A stretch of 64,000 nt of DNA, taken from positions 24,428 to 88,427 of the forward strand of contig JBIIWB010000006.1 in NCBI GenBank assembly GCA_044339125.1, given 5' to 3'. This stretch comes from Rhizomicrobium sp. (GTDB lineage: Bacteria > Pseudomonadota > Alphaproteobacteria > Micropepsales > Micropepsaceae). Each line of letters begins with the position of its first letter. Positions within the stretch are counted from its first letter, which is position 1. A program made the translations under genes and the position numbers. This document shows, piece by piece, positions 54,812-64,000 of this stretch. The notes beneath the pieces were generated by a model. That model ran no database searches and was not told where the DNA came from. It saw nothing but the letters and a program-made list of their open reading frames with translations.

Positions 54812-55708
54812 ATGCGCGCCATCCGTCTGTTGCCCATCCTGCTGTCGCCGCTGCTGCTGGCCGCGACGCCCGCTGCCAAGGACCCCGTCACGGTCTGGAA
54901 GCAGGGCATCGCCGACCAGAACCGTTTCTATGCCGCGACGCCCCACGCCATGCTGAAGATCCAGGACTCGGTCTATCTGGGTGAGGGCGAGTCCGCCGTG
55001 CTGGAAGGCCGCAAGGGCGTCGCATCCAGTTGGCGCTGGAACAGCAAGCCAGGCGCGCCCAAAAAGGGAGAGGATGCCCCTGTGCGGCTGTCCATCAAGG
55101 GCGGCAAGCTCGCCATCCAGCATGACAGCAAGCCGGTGGCCCCGGCCCAATTGCAGAAAAGCGTGGTGGTGGATGCCGGTGTCGATATTTCCGGCCAACC
55201 CACCCAGGTTGGCGCAGGCGTGGATGGCTGGCGCATCTTCGTCTTCAACCAGACCCATAAGGCGGCCAGGGCCTTCAAGAGCGTGTCGTATTTCGCTTAC
55301 GACCCGGCCTTTCGCGTCGAAGCGCGTTTCGTGGCCAACGCGAAACTGCCGCCGCGCGTCTTCAAGACCTCACGCGGCACCGACAAGAAGTTCTTCCATG
55401 CTGGCGATGCGCTGTTCCGCCTGAAGGGCAAGGATGTCCGCTTGCCGCTCTACACCAGCGACACCAGGAACATCGCCGACATGTCGTCCTTCTTCACGGA
55501 TGAACTCAGCACCAAAGGCGTCTATGGCGCCGGGCGCTATGTCGATGTCGCCGGTTTTGGCCGTTTCCCGCCCAAGGCGGTGCCCATCGATTTCAACAAC
55601 GCCTATAACCCCAATTGCGCGCTGTCGCCGCATTTCACCTGCCCGCTGGCTGTGGATGCGATTCCGGTGGCGATGACGGCTGGCGAACGCGATCCGGGCA
55701 AGCACTGA
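54812..55708 (+). CDS. DUF1684 domain-containing protein, exported
   Basis: Start set at ATG 54812 (GGAGG RBS, signal peptide MRAIRLLPILLSPLLLAATPAA). The C-terminal DFNNAYNPNCALSPHFTCPLA is the DUF1684 signature as I remember it. Confidence 0.8.
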   Translation: MRAIRLLPILLSPLLLAATPAAKDPVTVWKQGIADQNRFYAATPHAMLKIQDSVYLGEGESAVLEGRKGVASSWRWNSKPGAPKKGEDAPVRLSIKGGKLAIQHDSKPVAPAQLQKSVVVDAGVDISGQPTQVGAGVDGWRIFVFNQTHKAARAFKSVSYFAYDPAFRVEARFVANAKLPPRVFKTSRGTDKKFFHAGDALFRLKGKDVRLPLYTSDTRNIADMSSFFTDELSTKGVYGAGRYVDVAGFGRFPPKAVPIDFNNAYNPNCALSPHFTCPLAVDAIPVAMTAGERDPGKH

Positions 55709-55726
55709 CTAGAGTGCGATGCACTT

Positions 55727-56572
55727 TTAAAGTGCAATTCCTTGGGCATTGAGACGCTGCACCACCATGGCGATGTCTTCGCGCACGGCCTGGCGCTTCT
55801 TGCCCATGAAGATCACCGTCTGCGTGCCCGGCGCATATTCGGCCCGCGCCACCGGCTTGATGGCGCTGATGCTGTCGGTGTCGATCGCCACGGCCTTGCC
55901 GTCGGGCCCGGTCAGGTGCACGGCGTTGACCAGGCTGGCGGGCGAGGCCTTCAGATAGGCGGTGATCTGCTTCAGATAGTTGCGTGTCTCGGTCGGCAGG
56001 GCGCGGCGGCCACGGCGGTGCAGCTCCCAATTGCCGGGGCCGAAATTGTAGGCGGCGAACATGCCGGGAAAGCCGTAGCGGCTTTTCAGCCAGCGCAGAT
56101 AGGCCGCTGCGGCATGGATGTTGTCGCGGGCGTTGAAGGGGTCCGCCCCCAGTCCGTGCGTGGCCGCCATTTCCTCATAGGTGCCGGGCATCAGCTGCAT
56201 CAGGCCCTGCGCGCCCGCATGGCTGACGATGGGGACATTGCCCGACATCACGGTGCGGCCGCCGGTTTCGTTGCGCATCACCGCGCGCAGCCACATGGCG
56301 GGAACGTCGTATTTTTCGGCCGCCTCGCGCACCACCGGGTTCCAGCGGTCGAGCAGGCTGCGCGGGCCCATCTTGCTTTCAATATCGTGGGTGGTGGGGC
56401 GGTGGGGCACCGTGTCCTCGATGATATGCGACAGGCGTATCGCAACCGAAGGCGATTCCGCGCGTTGATGTTGCAGCCAGAGCATGCCCGCCTGGGCGAG
56501 CAACGCCGCAAACAGCAGGGCGCTGGAATATTCGAAAAACAGCCGCGAAGCGGGAATGATGGCCGGGGGCAA
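55727..56572 (-). CDS. lytic transglycosylase (SLT domain) protein
   Basis: Contains ETGG and AGAQGLMQLMPGTYEEM, with catalytic Glu context and an N-terminal membrane anchor. Confidence 0.85.
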   Translation of the reverse strand: MPPAIIPASRLFFEYSSALLFAALLAQAGMLWLQHQRAESPSVAIRLSHIIEDTVPHRPTTHDIESKMGPRSLLDRWNPVVREAAEKYDVPAMWLRAVMRNETGGRTVMSGNVPIVSHAGAQGLMQLMPGTYEEMAATHGLGADPFNARDNIHAAAAYLRWLKSRYGFPGMFAAYNFGPGNWELHRRGRRALPTETRNYLKQITAYLKASPASLVNAVHLTGPDGKAVAIDTDSISAIKPVARAEYAPGTQTVIFMGKKRQAVREDIAMVVQRLNAQGIAL

Positions 56573-56773
56573 ACTGATGTCTCCGGCGCAAAAAGGTTTG
56601 TGCCTCCCGCTTGCGCGCGAAGCCGTTCAGTTCAAACTTCATCTCCTGCAGCAATCGGAACCAGCGCGCGCATGGCGTGCCGTCTTACTGTTCCCATGGC
56701 GATTTCTCGCCCCTTCGACGCGGACTTTGTCCGTCGCCCTCTCGTTACGAAATCACTTATCCCGCGTCAAAAC

Positions 56774-56807
56774 GGAACCGTGCGGAACCGGATGGAACCA
56801 AAGTTCC
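56774..56807. promoter_or_regulatory. three GGAACC boxes at exact 10-bp phasing plus an inverted GTTCC
   Basis: GGAACC occurs at 56774, 56784 and 56794, then GTTCC at 56803 (GGAAC-caaa-GTTCC). This is in the 257-bp gap upstream of the transglycosylase gene. Function unknown. Confidence 0.3.
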
Positions 56808-56829
56808 GGCAACAAATCCGTGTACGGAA

Positions 56830-59100
56830 TTATTCGACGGCGAACGAAGTTGGCACAGCATTCGCGCGGCTTTTTTCGACCATGACGCGATAGGCGCTTT
56901 CCAGATCGCGGGTGAAGCGCGAGGTGTCGAACAACGGCGCGGTGTCGCGTGCCGTCGCAAGCTTGGTCCGCAGCGCCGTCAAGCGGCCTGCGTCCTGCGC
57001 CAGCGCGAGGGCCAGCGATTCATAGGCGTCGAGATTTTCCGTGATCAGTTCGGGCAAGCCCATAGCCTTGAGCAGGCTGGCGGCGACGCGGCCCGCAAAG
57101 GCGGCGCCGCGGCAGGTCAGCAGCGGCACGCCCGCCCATAGCGCATCGCTGGCGGTGGTGTGGGCATTGTAGGGTATTGTGTCGAGAAACAGATCGGCCA
57201 GCGCCAGCCGCGCCAGATGTTGATCGAGTTCCAGCGGCTCGGCGAAGATCAGACGCTCCGCCGTGATGCCTTGTGCTTCCGCCCGCCGCCGCAGGCTTGC
57301 CATGGCGATGTCGTTGTCGCGCAGCAGCCACAGCACGCTGCCGTCGCGGTTTTGCAGCAGTCGCAGCCAGACCGCGAAGATTTCCGGCGTCAGCTTGTAG
57401 AGCTGGTTGAAATTGCAGAAGACGAAACCCTGCCCGGGCAGGCCCGCCGCCGCGCGCGTGGGCGGCGCAGGCCGGGCGCGGCGGGAATCATTGGCCTGGT
57501 AGCTGTGCGGCAGCCACACCACCGCCTCGTCATAGAAGCGGCGCTCGTCTTCCGGGATCACGGTACGGTCGGCTATGATGTAGTCCATCCAGAGCGCGCC
57601 CAGCGTGGCGGGGAAGCCGAGATAATTCACCTGCACCGGGGCGGGCCGCAGCGCGAAGACGCCGTTGCGCGGCTTGCCGAAATAGCCGTTGAGATTGACC
57701 AGGATATCGATGCCCGCCGCCTGCACGGCTTGCGCCGCGCGCGCATCGTTCAGCGGGGCGATGGCGGTGAAGCCGCCGAACGCGCTGCGCAGCCGCGCCC
57801 GCATCGGGCTGTCATCGTCGAAGCCATTGTCGAAGGCGGTGATTTCGAACTGCGAACGGTCATGCGCTTCATAGACGCCCGCCATCAGATAGGCGGTGGC
57901 CTGTTCGCGGAAATCGGCCGAGACATAACCGATGCGGATGCGCTCGCGCTGGGGCGCGGAACGGCGTGGCGGCGGGGCAGCCGGAAATTCCGCCGCCGCA
58001 TAGATGCGCGCGCAGTTCTGCAGGCTTGCGGGATCGGCGCTGATCGCCTGCCAGGCGAAGGGCCGCACGACAGGCTTGCCCGCCGCGATGGAAGCCGCCA
58101 AAGCCGCATGCTCCGCCGCGCGCCCGTCCCACTCCGCGACCTGCATTTTCAGATAGGCCAGTTCGCCGGCCAGCCAGGGCATCTCCGGCTCGAGCGCCAC
58201 GGCGCGCGCCAGGTCGGCCTTGGCATCTTCGTAACGCCGCTCCTCCGTCCAGAGCAGATGGCCGCGATTGCTGCGCGCCAGCGCCAGATCGGGGTTCAGC
58301 CGCAGGGCGGTGTCGAAACTCGCCAGCGCTTCGCGGGAGCGCCCCAGCGCCCGCAACGTCGCGCCATGCCGGTTCCAGATATCGGCATCATCGGGCATCA
58401 GCGCCAGCAGGCGCTCATAATCCGCCAGCGCCTCGGCAGGGCGGCCCATCCCGCCCAGCGCCAGGGCGCGATTCACCAGCGTCGGGCGGTGGCACGGGTC
58501 TGCTGCCAGCGCCCAGGCCCAGTCCGCCAACGCGGCATCGGGGCCGCGCCGAGTCCATGCCAGCAGGGCGCGGTTGCTCAGGGCTTCGACATGGCGGGGC
58601 TGCTGCGTCAGCAATGCGTCATACCCGGCCAGCGCCGCATCGGGGCGGCCCATATCGGTGAGCAGCAAGGCGCGATGAAACAGGGCCTGCGCCTGTTGCG
58701 GCTGCAACGCCAACGCCTGGTCATAGGCGGCCAGCGCTTCTTCCGCCCGCCCGGCATCGCCCAGCGCCAGGCCAAGCTGGACATGCGCTTCCGCCAGGCC
58801 GGGCTGAAGGCCCACGGCGCGATCGAGACTGGCGACGGCTTCGGCGGCGCGGCCCAGCAGGCGAAGCGTCATGCCGTGATTGACCAGCAGCGAGAATTCG
58901 CCGGGATTGAGGCGCAGCGCGGTGTCCAGCAGTGGCAGCGCCTCGGTCAGGCGGCCCTGCTGCATGCAAATGGCGCCCAGATAGTAATGCGGCGCGAAAT
59001 CCTCCGGCGTCTGCGCCAGCCATTGCCGGTACAGCATCTCCGCGTCCGCCAGGCGGCCCTGCTGATGCAGGGCGATGGCGTTCTGCGCCAGTTGTGACAA
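56830..59100 (-). CDS. TPR-repeat protein with C-terminal GT41 (O-GlcNAc transferase/SPINDLY-like) domain
   Basis: Start trimmed to TTG 59100 (GGAGA RBS, 20 nt after the maeB stop). It has many TPR units. The C-terminus reads VNYLGFPATLG...FVFCNFNQLYKLTPE...DTIPYNAHTTASDALWAGVPLLT. Confidence 0.8.
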   Translation of the reverse strand: MSQLAQNAIALHQQGRLADAEMLYRQWLAQTPEDFAPHYYLGAICMQQGRLTEALPLLDTALRLNPGEFSLLVNHGMTLRLLGRAAEAVASLDRAVGLQPGLAEAHVQLGLALGDAGRAEEALAAYDQALALQPQQAQALFHRALLLTDMGRPDAALAGYDALLTQQPRHVEALSNRALLAWTRRGPDAALADWAWALAADPCHRPTLVNRALALGGMGRPAEALADYERLLALMPDDADIWNRHGATLRALGRSREALASFDTALRLNPDLALARSNRGHLLWTEERRYEDAKADLARAVALEPEMPWLAGELAYLKMQVAEWDGRAAEHAALAASIAAGKPVVRPFAWQAISADPASLQNCARIYAAAEFPAAPPPRRSAPQRERIRIGYVSADFREQATAYLMAGVYEAHDRSQFEITAFDNGFDDDSPMRARLRSAFGGFTAIAPLNDARAAQAVQAAGIDILVNLNGYFGKPRNGVFALRPAPVQVNYLGFPATLGALWMDYIIADRTVIPEDERRFYDEAVVWLPHSYQANDSRRARPAPPTRAAAGLPGQGFVFCNFNQLYKLTPEIFAVWLRLLQNRDGSVLWLLRDNDIAMASLRRRAEAQGITAERLIFAEPLELDQHLARLALADLFLDTIPYNAHTTASDALWAGVPLLTCRGAAFAGRVAASLLKAMGLPELITENLDAYESLALALAQDAGRLTALRTKLATARDTAPLFDTSRFTRDLESAYRVMVEKSRANAVPTSFAVE

Positions 59101-59120
59101 CTTTTCTCCGAATTTCCGGC

Positions 59121-61400
59121 TTAAGCCTTTTGCGCCAGTTCGGCCTGCGCCACCGCCAGCGCCGTCATGTTGACGATGCCGCGCGCCGTGACCGACGGCA
59201 CCATGACATGGATCGGCTGGGCGACGCCCAGCAGCAGCGGCCCCACCAGCAGCGCCTCGGTCGCCGCCGACAGCAGCGTGAGGGCGATATTGGCCGCGTC
59301 CAGGCTGGGCATCACCAGCAGGTTGGCCGAGCCGGAAAGCGGGCTGGAGGAGACATAGCGCCCGCGCAGCACATCGCTGAGAGCCGCGTCGGCATGCATC
59401 TCGCCATCGATCTCGAAATCCGCACCGGCGGCGCGGATCAGCTTCAGCGCCTTGCGCATCTTGCGGGCGCTTTCGGAATCCGAGGTGCCGAAGCTGGAAT
59501 GCGACAGCAGCGCGGCCTTGGGCGCCAGCCCGAAGCGGCGCACGCTTTTGGCCGCCAGCAGCGTCATCTCCGCGATCTGCTCGGCGGATGGGTCCATGTT
59601 GAGATGGGTGTCGCAGAAGAACAGCGCGCCCTTCGGCAAAATGAGCGCCGACAGCGAATAGAGACGGCTGACGGCGGGATCGCGCGGAATGATGGGCAGG
59701 ATGTTGGCCAGTTGCCGCGCCCAGTCGCCCAGCCCACCGCACAGCGCCGCATCGACTTCGCCGGTTTCCAGCAGCATGGCGGCGGCGATGCCGTGGCGGC
59801 TCTTGATCCAGCGCGCCGCCGATTCCGGCTGCACGCCCTTGCGCTCGACCAGGCGCTGGTAACGCTCGGCCAGCGGCAGGAAGATGTCCTTGTCGGATTG
59901 CGGATCCAGCACCCGCACCTGTTTGTCCAGATCCAGCCGCAGGCCCAGCGCCTTGCTCTTCTGCGCGATGACATCGCGCCGCCCGATCAGGGTGGGATGG
60001 GCCAGGCCTTCATCCACCACCGTCTGCACCGCGCGCAGCACGCGGTCTTCCTCGCCTTCGGCATAGACGACGCGGCGCGGATTGGCGCGCGCCACTTCGA
60101 ACACCGGCCGCATCAGCTGGCCGGAGCGATAGACGAATTTCTCCAGCTCGATCTCATAGGCGTGGAAATCGGTGATGGGACGGCGCGCCACGCCCGATTC
60201 CATCGCCGCCTTCGCCACGGCAGGGGCGATGTGCAGGATCAGGCGCGGGTCGAACGGCTTGGGAATGATGTAGTCGGGGCCGAAGCCGGTCAGCGCGCCG
60301 CCATAGGCCTGGGCCACCACATCGCTGCCTTCGGCGCGGGCCAGGGCGGCGATGGCTTCCACCGCCGCCACCTTCATGGCTTCGTTGATGGTGGTGGCGT
60401 CCACGTCGAGCGCGCCGCGGAAGATGAAGGGAAAGCACAGGACGTTGTTGACCTGGTTGGCATAGTCGCTGCGGCCGGTGGCGATGATGGCGTCGGGCCG
60501 CGCCGCCTTGGCCGCTTCCGGCGTGATCTCGGGATCGGGATTGGCCAGCGCCATGATGATGGGCTTGGCCGCCATCTGCGGCAGCCATTCGGGCTTCAGA
60601 ACATTGGGGGCGGACAGGCCGAGAAAGACATCCGCGCCCACCAGCACATCGCCCAGGGTGCGGGCGTCGGTGGCCCGCGCATAGCGCGCCATGTTAGGCG
60701 GCATCTCGTCGCCGCGGGCCTTGTGCACCACGCCCTTGATGTCGGTGAGGGTGACGTTGGCCACCGGCAGGCCCATCTCGACCAGCAGATCGACACAGGC
60801 CAGCGCCGCGGCGCCCGCGCCGCTGGTCACCAGCTTGACATCGGCCAGCGTCTTGCCCTGCAGCACCAGGCCGTTGCGGATGGCGGCGGCGCAGACGATG
60901 GCGGTGCCGTGCTGGTCGTCATGAAAGACCGGAATCTTCATGCGCTCGCGCAGCTTCTTTTCGATGATGAAGCATTCGGGCGCCTTGATGTCTTCCAGAT
61001 TGATGCCGCCGAAGGTGGGCTCCAGCGACGCCACGATGTCGACGAAGCGATCCACTTCCAGGGCGTCGATTTCCAGGTCGAACACGTCGATGCCGGCGAA
61101 TTTCTTGAAAAGGACGGCCTTGCCTTCCATCACCGGCTTGGAGGCCAGCGGGCCGATATTGCCCAGACCCAGAACGGCGGTGCCGTTGGTGATCACCGCC
61201 ACCAGATTGGCGCGGGCGGTGTAGTCGCGGGCCAGCGCGGGGTCGCGGGCGATCTCCAGGCAGGGGGCGGCGACGCCGGGGGAATAGGCCAGGGCCAAAT
61301 CGCGCTGGTTGGCCATGCGCTTGGTGGGTTCGACGGACAGTTTTCCGGGCCGCGGGCTGCGGTGATATTCCAGCGCGCTCTTGCGAAAACTCTCATCCAT
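59121..61400 (-). CDS. maeB: NADP-dependent malic enzyme (malic enzyme + PTA-like domain)
   Basis: 759 aa. [44 protein letters not shown]..., with a C-terminal phosphate acetyltransferase-like half. Confidence 0.95.
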   Translation of the reverse strand: MDESFRKSALEYHRSPRPGKLSVEPTKRMANQRDLALAYSPGVAAPCLEIARDPALARDYTARANLVAVITNGTAVLGLGNIGPLASKPVMEGKAVLFKKFAGIDVFDLEIDALEVDRFVDIVASLEPTFGGINLEDIKAPECFIIEKKLRERMKIPVFHDDQHGTAIVCAAAIRNGLVLQGKTLADVKLVTSGAGAAALACVDLLVEMGLPVANVTLTDIKGVVHKARGDEMPPNMARYARATDARTLGDVLVGADVFLGLSAPNVLKPEWLPQMAAKPIIMALANPDPEITPEAAKAARPDAIIATGRSDYANQVNNVLCFPFIFRGALDVDATTINEAMKVAAVEAIAALARAEGSDVVAQAYGGALTGFGPDYIIPKPFDPRLILHIAPAVAKAAMESGVARRPITDFHAYEIELEKFVYRSGQLMRPVFEVARANPRRVVYAEGEEDRVLRAVQTVVDEGLAHPTLIGRRDVIAQKSKALGLRLDLDKQVRVLDPQSDKDIFLPLAERYQRLVERKGVQPESAARWIKSRHGIAAAMLLETGEVDAALCGGLGDWARQLANILPIIPRDPAVSRLYSLSALILPKGALFFCDTHLNMDPSAEQIAEMTLLAAKSVRRFGLAPKAALLSHSSFGTSDSESARKMRKALKLIRAAGADFEIDGEMHADAALSDVLRGRYVSSSPLSGSANLLVMPSLDAANIALTLLSAATEALLVGPLLLGVAQPIHVMVPSVTARGIVNMTALAVAQAELAQKA

Positions 61401-61566
61401 TAGCGCGCATGATCCCTGTGGCCGCTGCTTGTTTTTGTTTGGAACTTGGCTGTGGCGGGGGTCGAAAGCAAGCCTTTTGCCCGCCGTTCCGCAAATCGTT
61501 TGCGCAGGGCATACTGCGATGGAATCGGCGGAGATTTACCCGCCGCAATAAGCATCGGGAGCGCAA

Positions 61567-62562
61567 ATGCAGATCGGGATTGTCGGCCTGGGCCGGATGG
61601 GGGCCAACATCGCACGCCGCCTGATGCGGAATGGTCATACGGTGGTGGGCTATGACGCCGTACCCGAGACGCGGGTGGACGGCGCGGCAACCGCCGCCGA
61701 CCTCGCCGCGCTGGTGAAGGCGCTGGCGCCGCCCCGGGTGGTCTGGGTGATGGTGCCGGCGGGCAAGATCACCGAAGCGGCGATCGAGACTTTGGGGGGG
61801 CTGCTGCAAAGCGGCGACACCATCATTGATGGCGGCAACGCCTACTACAAGGATGACGTCCGCCGCGCCAAGACGCTGGCGGCGCGCGGCATCGCGTATG
61901 TCGATGTCGGGACCTCGGGCGGCGTCTGGGGGCTGGAGCGCGGCTATTGCATGATGATCGGCGGCGACAAGGCGGTGGTGGAACGGCTGGACCCGATCTT
62001 CGCCACCCTGGCGCCGGGCGCGGGCGACATCGTCAAGACTCCCAACCGCGAAAAGCGCGATCCCCGTGTGGAGCGCGGCTATATGCATTGCGGCCCTGCC
62101 GGGTCGGGCCATTTCGTCAAGATGGTGCATAACGGCATCGAATACGGGTTGATGCAGGCCTATGCCGAAGGCTTCGACATCATGCGCGGCCGCAATTCCA
62201 AGGACCTGCCCGAAGACGAGCGGTTCGACATCAATGGGGCCGACGTCGCCGAAGTGTGGCGGCGCGGCAGCGTGGTGGCGTCCTGGCTGCTCGATCTCAC
62301 CGCCATCGCCCTGTCGGAATCCGAAACGCTGGAGGAGTTCAGCGGCAAGGTGGGCGATTCCGGCGAAGGCCGCTGGACCATCCAGGCGGCGGTGGACGAA
62401 GCCGTGGCGGCGCCGGTGATCACGGCGGCGGTGTTCGCCCGTTTCCGCAGCCGCACCGAAAATACCTTTGGCGAGAAGATGCTGTCGGCGATGCGCAAGC
62501 AGTTTGGCGGCCATCTGGAAAGCATCGTGCCGTCGCACAAGGCGAAAGATCCGGACAAGTGA
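61567..62562 (+). CDS. gnd: 6-phosphogluconate dehydrogenase, decarboxylating (short Gnd-like form)
   Basis: [19 protein letters not shown] is the Rossmann motif. [16 protein letters not shown] is also present. Confidence 0.9.
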   Translation: MQIGIVGLGRMGANIARRLMRNGHTVVGYDAVPETRVDGAATAADLAALVKALAPPRVVWVMVPAGKITEAAIETLGGLLQSGDTIIDGGNAYYKDDVRRAKTLAARGIAYVDVGTSGGVWGLERGYCMMIGGDKAVVERLDPIFATLAPGAGDIVKTPNREKRDPRVERGYMHCGPAGSGHFVKMVHNGIEYGLMQAYAEGFDIMRGRNSKDLPEDERFDINGADVAEVWRRGSVVASWLLDLTAIALSESETLEEFSGKVGDSGEGRWTIQAAVDEAVAAPVITAAVFARFRSRTENTFGEKMLSAMRKQFGGHLESIVPSHKAKDPDK

Positions 62563-62575
62563 AGGACGTGGGTAA

Positions 62576-63283
62576 ATGAGCGGCATCGCGGGCGAGATGA
62601 TCGTGGTGAAGGACGCCGATGCGCTGTCACAGGCGGCGGCGGAGCTGATCGCGGCGCGCATGACAGGCTGCGCCGCGCCCTTCCGCATGGTGCTGTCGGG
62701 CGGTACCACGCCCGTCGCCGCCTATCGCAAGCTGTCGCGGCTGTCCGGCCTGCCCTGGGGCTGCGTCGAACTCTTTCTCAGCGACGAGCGTTTCGTGCCG
62801 CCGGACCATCACCACAGCAATTACCGCATGGTGCGCGAGACGCTGCTGGCCGACGGCAAGGTGCAGCCGCGCAAGCTGTTCGCCATTCCCACCGACGAGA
62901 CGCCGCAGAGCGCCGCCGCCCGCTATGACGAGATGCTGCGCCAGCAATATGGCGCGGGTGAACTGGAAGCGGGCGTGCCGCTGTTCCATCTGACGCTGCT
63001 GGGGCTGGGCGATGACGGCCACACCGCCTCGCTGCTGCCGGGCCAGCCGGTGCTGGACGAGCGCAAGCTGTGGGCCGCCGCCGTGCCCAAGGGCCGCGAC
63101 GAGCCGCGCATCACGCTGACCTATCCGGCGCTGGAATCCAGCGCGCTCACTCTGTTCCTGGTTTCCGGCACCGCCAAGCGCGATGCCCTGGCGCAGGCGC
63201 GCGGCGGCGCGCTGCCCGCGGGACGCTTCCAACCGCAGGGCGAAGTGATCTGGCTGGTCGATGAAGCGGCGGCGGGCGTCTGA
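62576..63283 (+). CDS. pgl: 6-phosphogluconolactonase
   Basis: 235 aa. Contains LSGGTTP, FLSDERFVP and LLGLGDDGHTASL motifs. Confidence 0.9.
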   Translation: MSGIAGEMIVVKDADALSQAAAELIAARMTGCAAPFRMVLSGGTTPVAAYRKLSRLSGLPWGCVELFLSDERFVPPDHHHSNYRMVRETLLADGKVQPRKLFAIPTDETPQSAAARYDEMLRQQYGAGELEAGVPLFHLTLLGLGDDGHTASLLPGQPVLDERKLWAAAVPKGRDEPRITLTYPALESSALTLFLVSGTAKRDALAQARGGALPAGRFQPQGEVIWLVDEAAAGV

Positions 63284-64000
63284 ATGGCGCGATACCGCCG
63301 CATCCTGGCGTTCGACATTGGCGGCGCCGGGCTGAAGGCGGCCATTGTCGGACCCACGGGAAAATTCCTCAGCGACAAGCTGCGGGTGGAAACGCCGCAT
63401 CCCTGTCCGCCCAAGCTGATGGTCAAGCTGCTCACCGGCATGGTGACGCCGCTGGGAAAGTTCGACGCCATCACCATCGGCTTTCCCGGTTATGTGAAGA
63501 ACGGCGTGGTCCACACCGCGCCCAATCTGGGCACCGGGGACTGGGCCGGTTTTGCGCTGGAAAAGGCGCTGGCCAAGGCGTTGGGCAAACCGGCGCGGCT
63601 GCGCAACGACGCCGATGTGCAGGGGCTGGGCGCCATCAAAGGCAAGGGGCTGGAACTGGTGGTGACGCTGGGCACCGGCTTCGGCACCGCCTGGTTCGAA
63701 GATGGCGATCTGTTGCCGCATCTGGAATTCGCCCATGTGCCGATGCATCACCGCCACGATTTCGACGCCTATATCGGCGAGGTGCAGCGCAAGCAGATCA
63801 GCGCCACCAAGTGGAACCGGCGGGTCCAGGCCTCGCTGGAAATCCTGCGCGTGGTCTTCAATTATGACCATCTCTATATCGGCGGTGGCAATGCCCGGCG
63901 CATCCGCTTCAAGCTGCCGGACAATGCCAGCATCATTTCCAATGACGACGGCATGATCGGCGCGGCGTTCGTGTGGAATGAACGCTCTAAGCGCGCCGGA
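63284..64000 (+). CDS. ROK-family glucokinase (polyphosphate glucokinase-like), 3' end beyond the window
   Basis: Not in the track (no stop in the window). The ATG at 63284 overlaps the pgl stop. The product reads MARYRRILAFDIGGAGLKAAIV...NDADVQGLG...TLGTGFG. The frame stays open to 64000. Confidence 0.8.
   Translation, partial: MARYRRILAFDIGGAGLKAAIVGPTGKFLSDKLRVETPHPCPPKLMVKLLTGMVTPLGKFDAITIGFPGYVKNGVVHTAPNLGTGDWAGFALEKALAKALGKPARLRNDADVQGLGAIKGKGLELVVTLGTGFGTAWFEDGDLLPHLEFAHVPMHHRHDFDAYIGEVQRKQISATKWNRRVQASLEILRVVFNYDHLYIGGGNARRIRFKLPDNASIISNDDGMIGAAFVWNERSKRAG

Noticed and set aside
53660-55708. 682-aa ORF that would fuse ~380 extra N-terminal residues to the DUF1684 protein.
   Set aside because: The upstream part is antisense to the APC permease gene and is compositionally junk (H/R/G/Q-rich). 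A GGAGG RBS plus a signal peptide appear at ATG 54812, so only 54812-55708 was kept.
56830-59742. 970-aa version of the TPR/GT41 protein extending over the end of maeB.
   Set aside because: The first ~214 residues are antisense to maeB and low-complexity. A GGAGA-spaced TTG at 59100 lies just after the maeB stop, and the TPR repeats start immediately after it.

Overview
High-GC alphaproteobacterial chromosomal segment (spot counts on a few 60-nt lines give about 65% GC; nothing was computed window-wide). Positions 1-38 kb and 51-64 kb look like ordinary core genome. They hold groESL with a CIRCE operator, a degenerate (TipF-like) EAL protein, ribF-ileS-lspA-DUF3035, two M16 peptidases, mutL, rsmD, a DsbD-like reductase, two TPR-glycosyltransferase fusions, ThuA/aldose epimerase, two bactofilins and a PQQ dehydrogenase. 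They also hold tRNA-Thr, murA, hisD, infA-maf-yacG, tRNA-Phe, two APC permeases, malic enzyme and gnd-pgl-glucokinase. The accessory block is 38.1-51.0 kb and has three parts. (i) An ~8.9 kb island is integrated in tRNA-Phe and bounded by perfect 49-bp direct repeats. It carries a tyrosine integrase and two TonB-dependent receptor modules, one headed by nikR with a GTATG-N18-CATAC operator, and it is peppered with a palindromic repeat family. (ii) Directly after attR lies a ~2.7 kb strongly AT-rich three-gene cassette: a REC-MarR response regulator, an H-NOX haem sensor and a cytoplasmic histidine kinase. This is the most unusual element in the window. (iii) A complete IS3-family element follows, with a GGGAAAC -1 frameshift site, ~40-bp inverted repeats and no target duplication. 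Other notable items are three small genes missing from or mis-started in the ORF track (one with a perfect EcfG-type GGAAC-N16-CGTT promoter), a pair of secreted Tyr/Gly-rich proteins, and C16 and G10 homopolymer tracts. I saw no rRNA, CRISPR array or recognisable defence genes. Many long ORFs in the supplied track are antisense artefacts of the high GC content.
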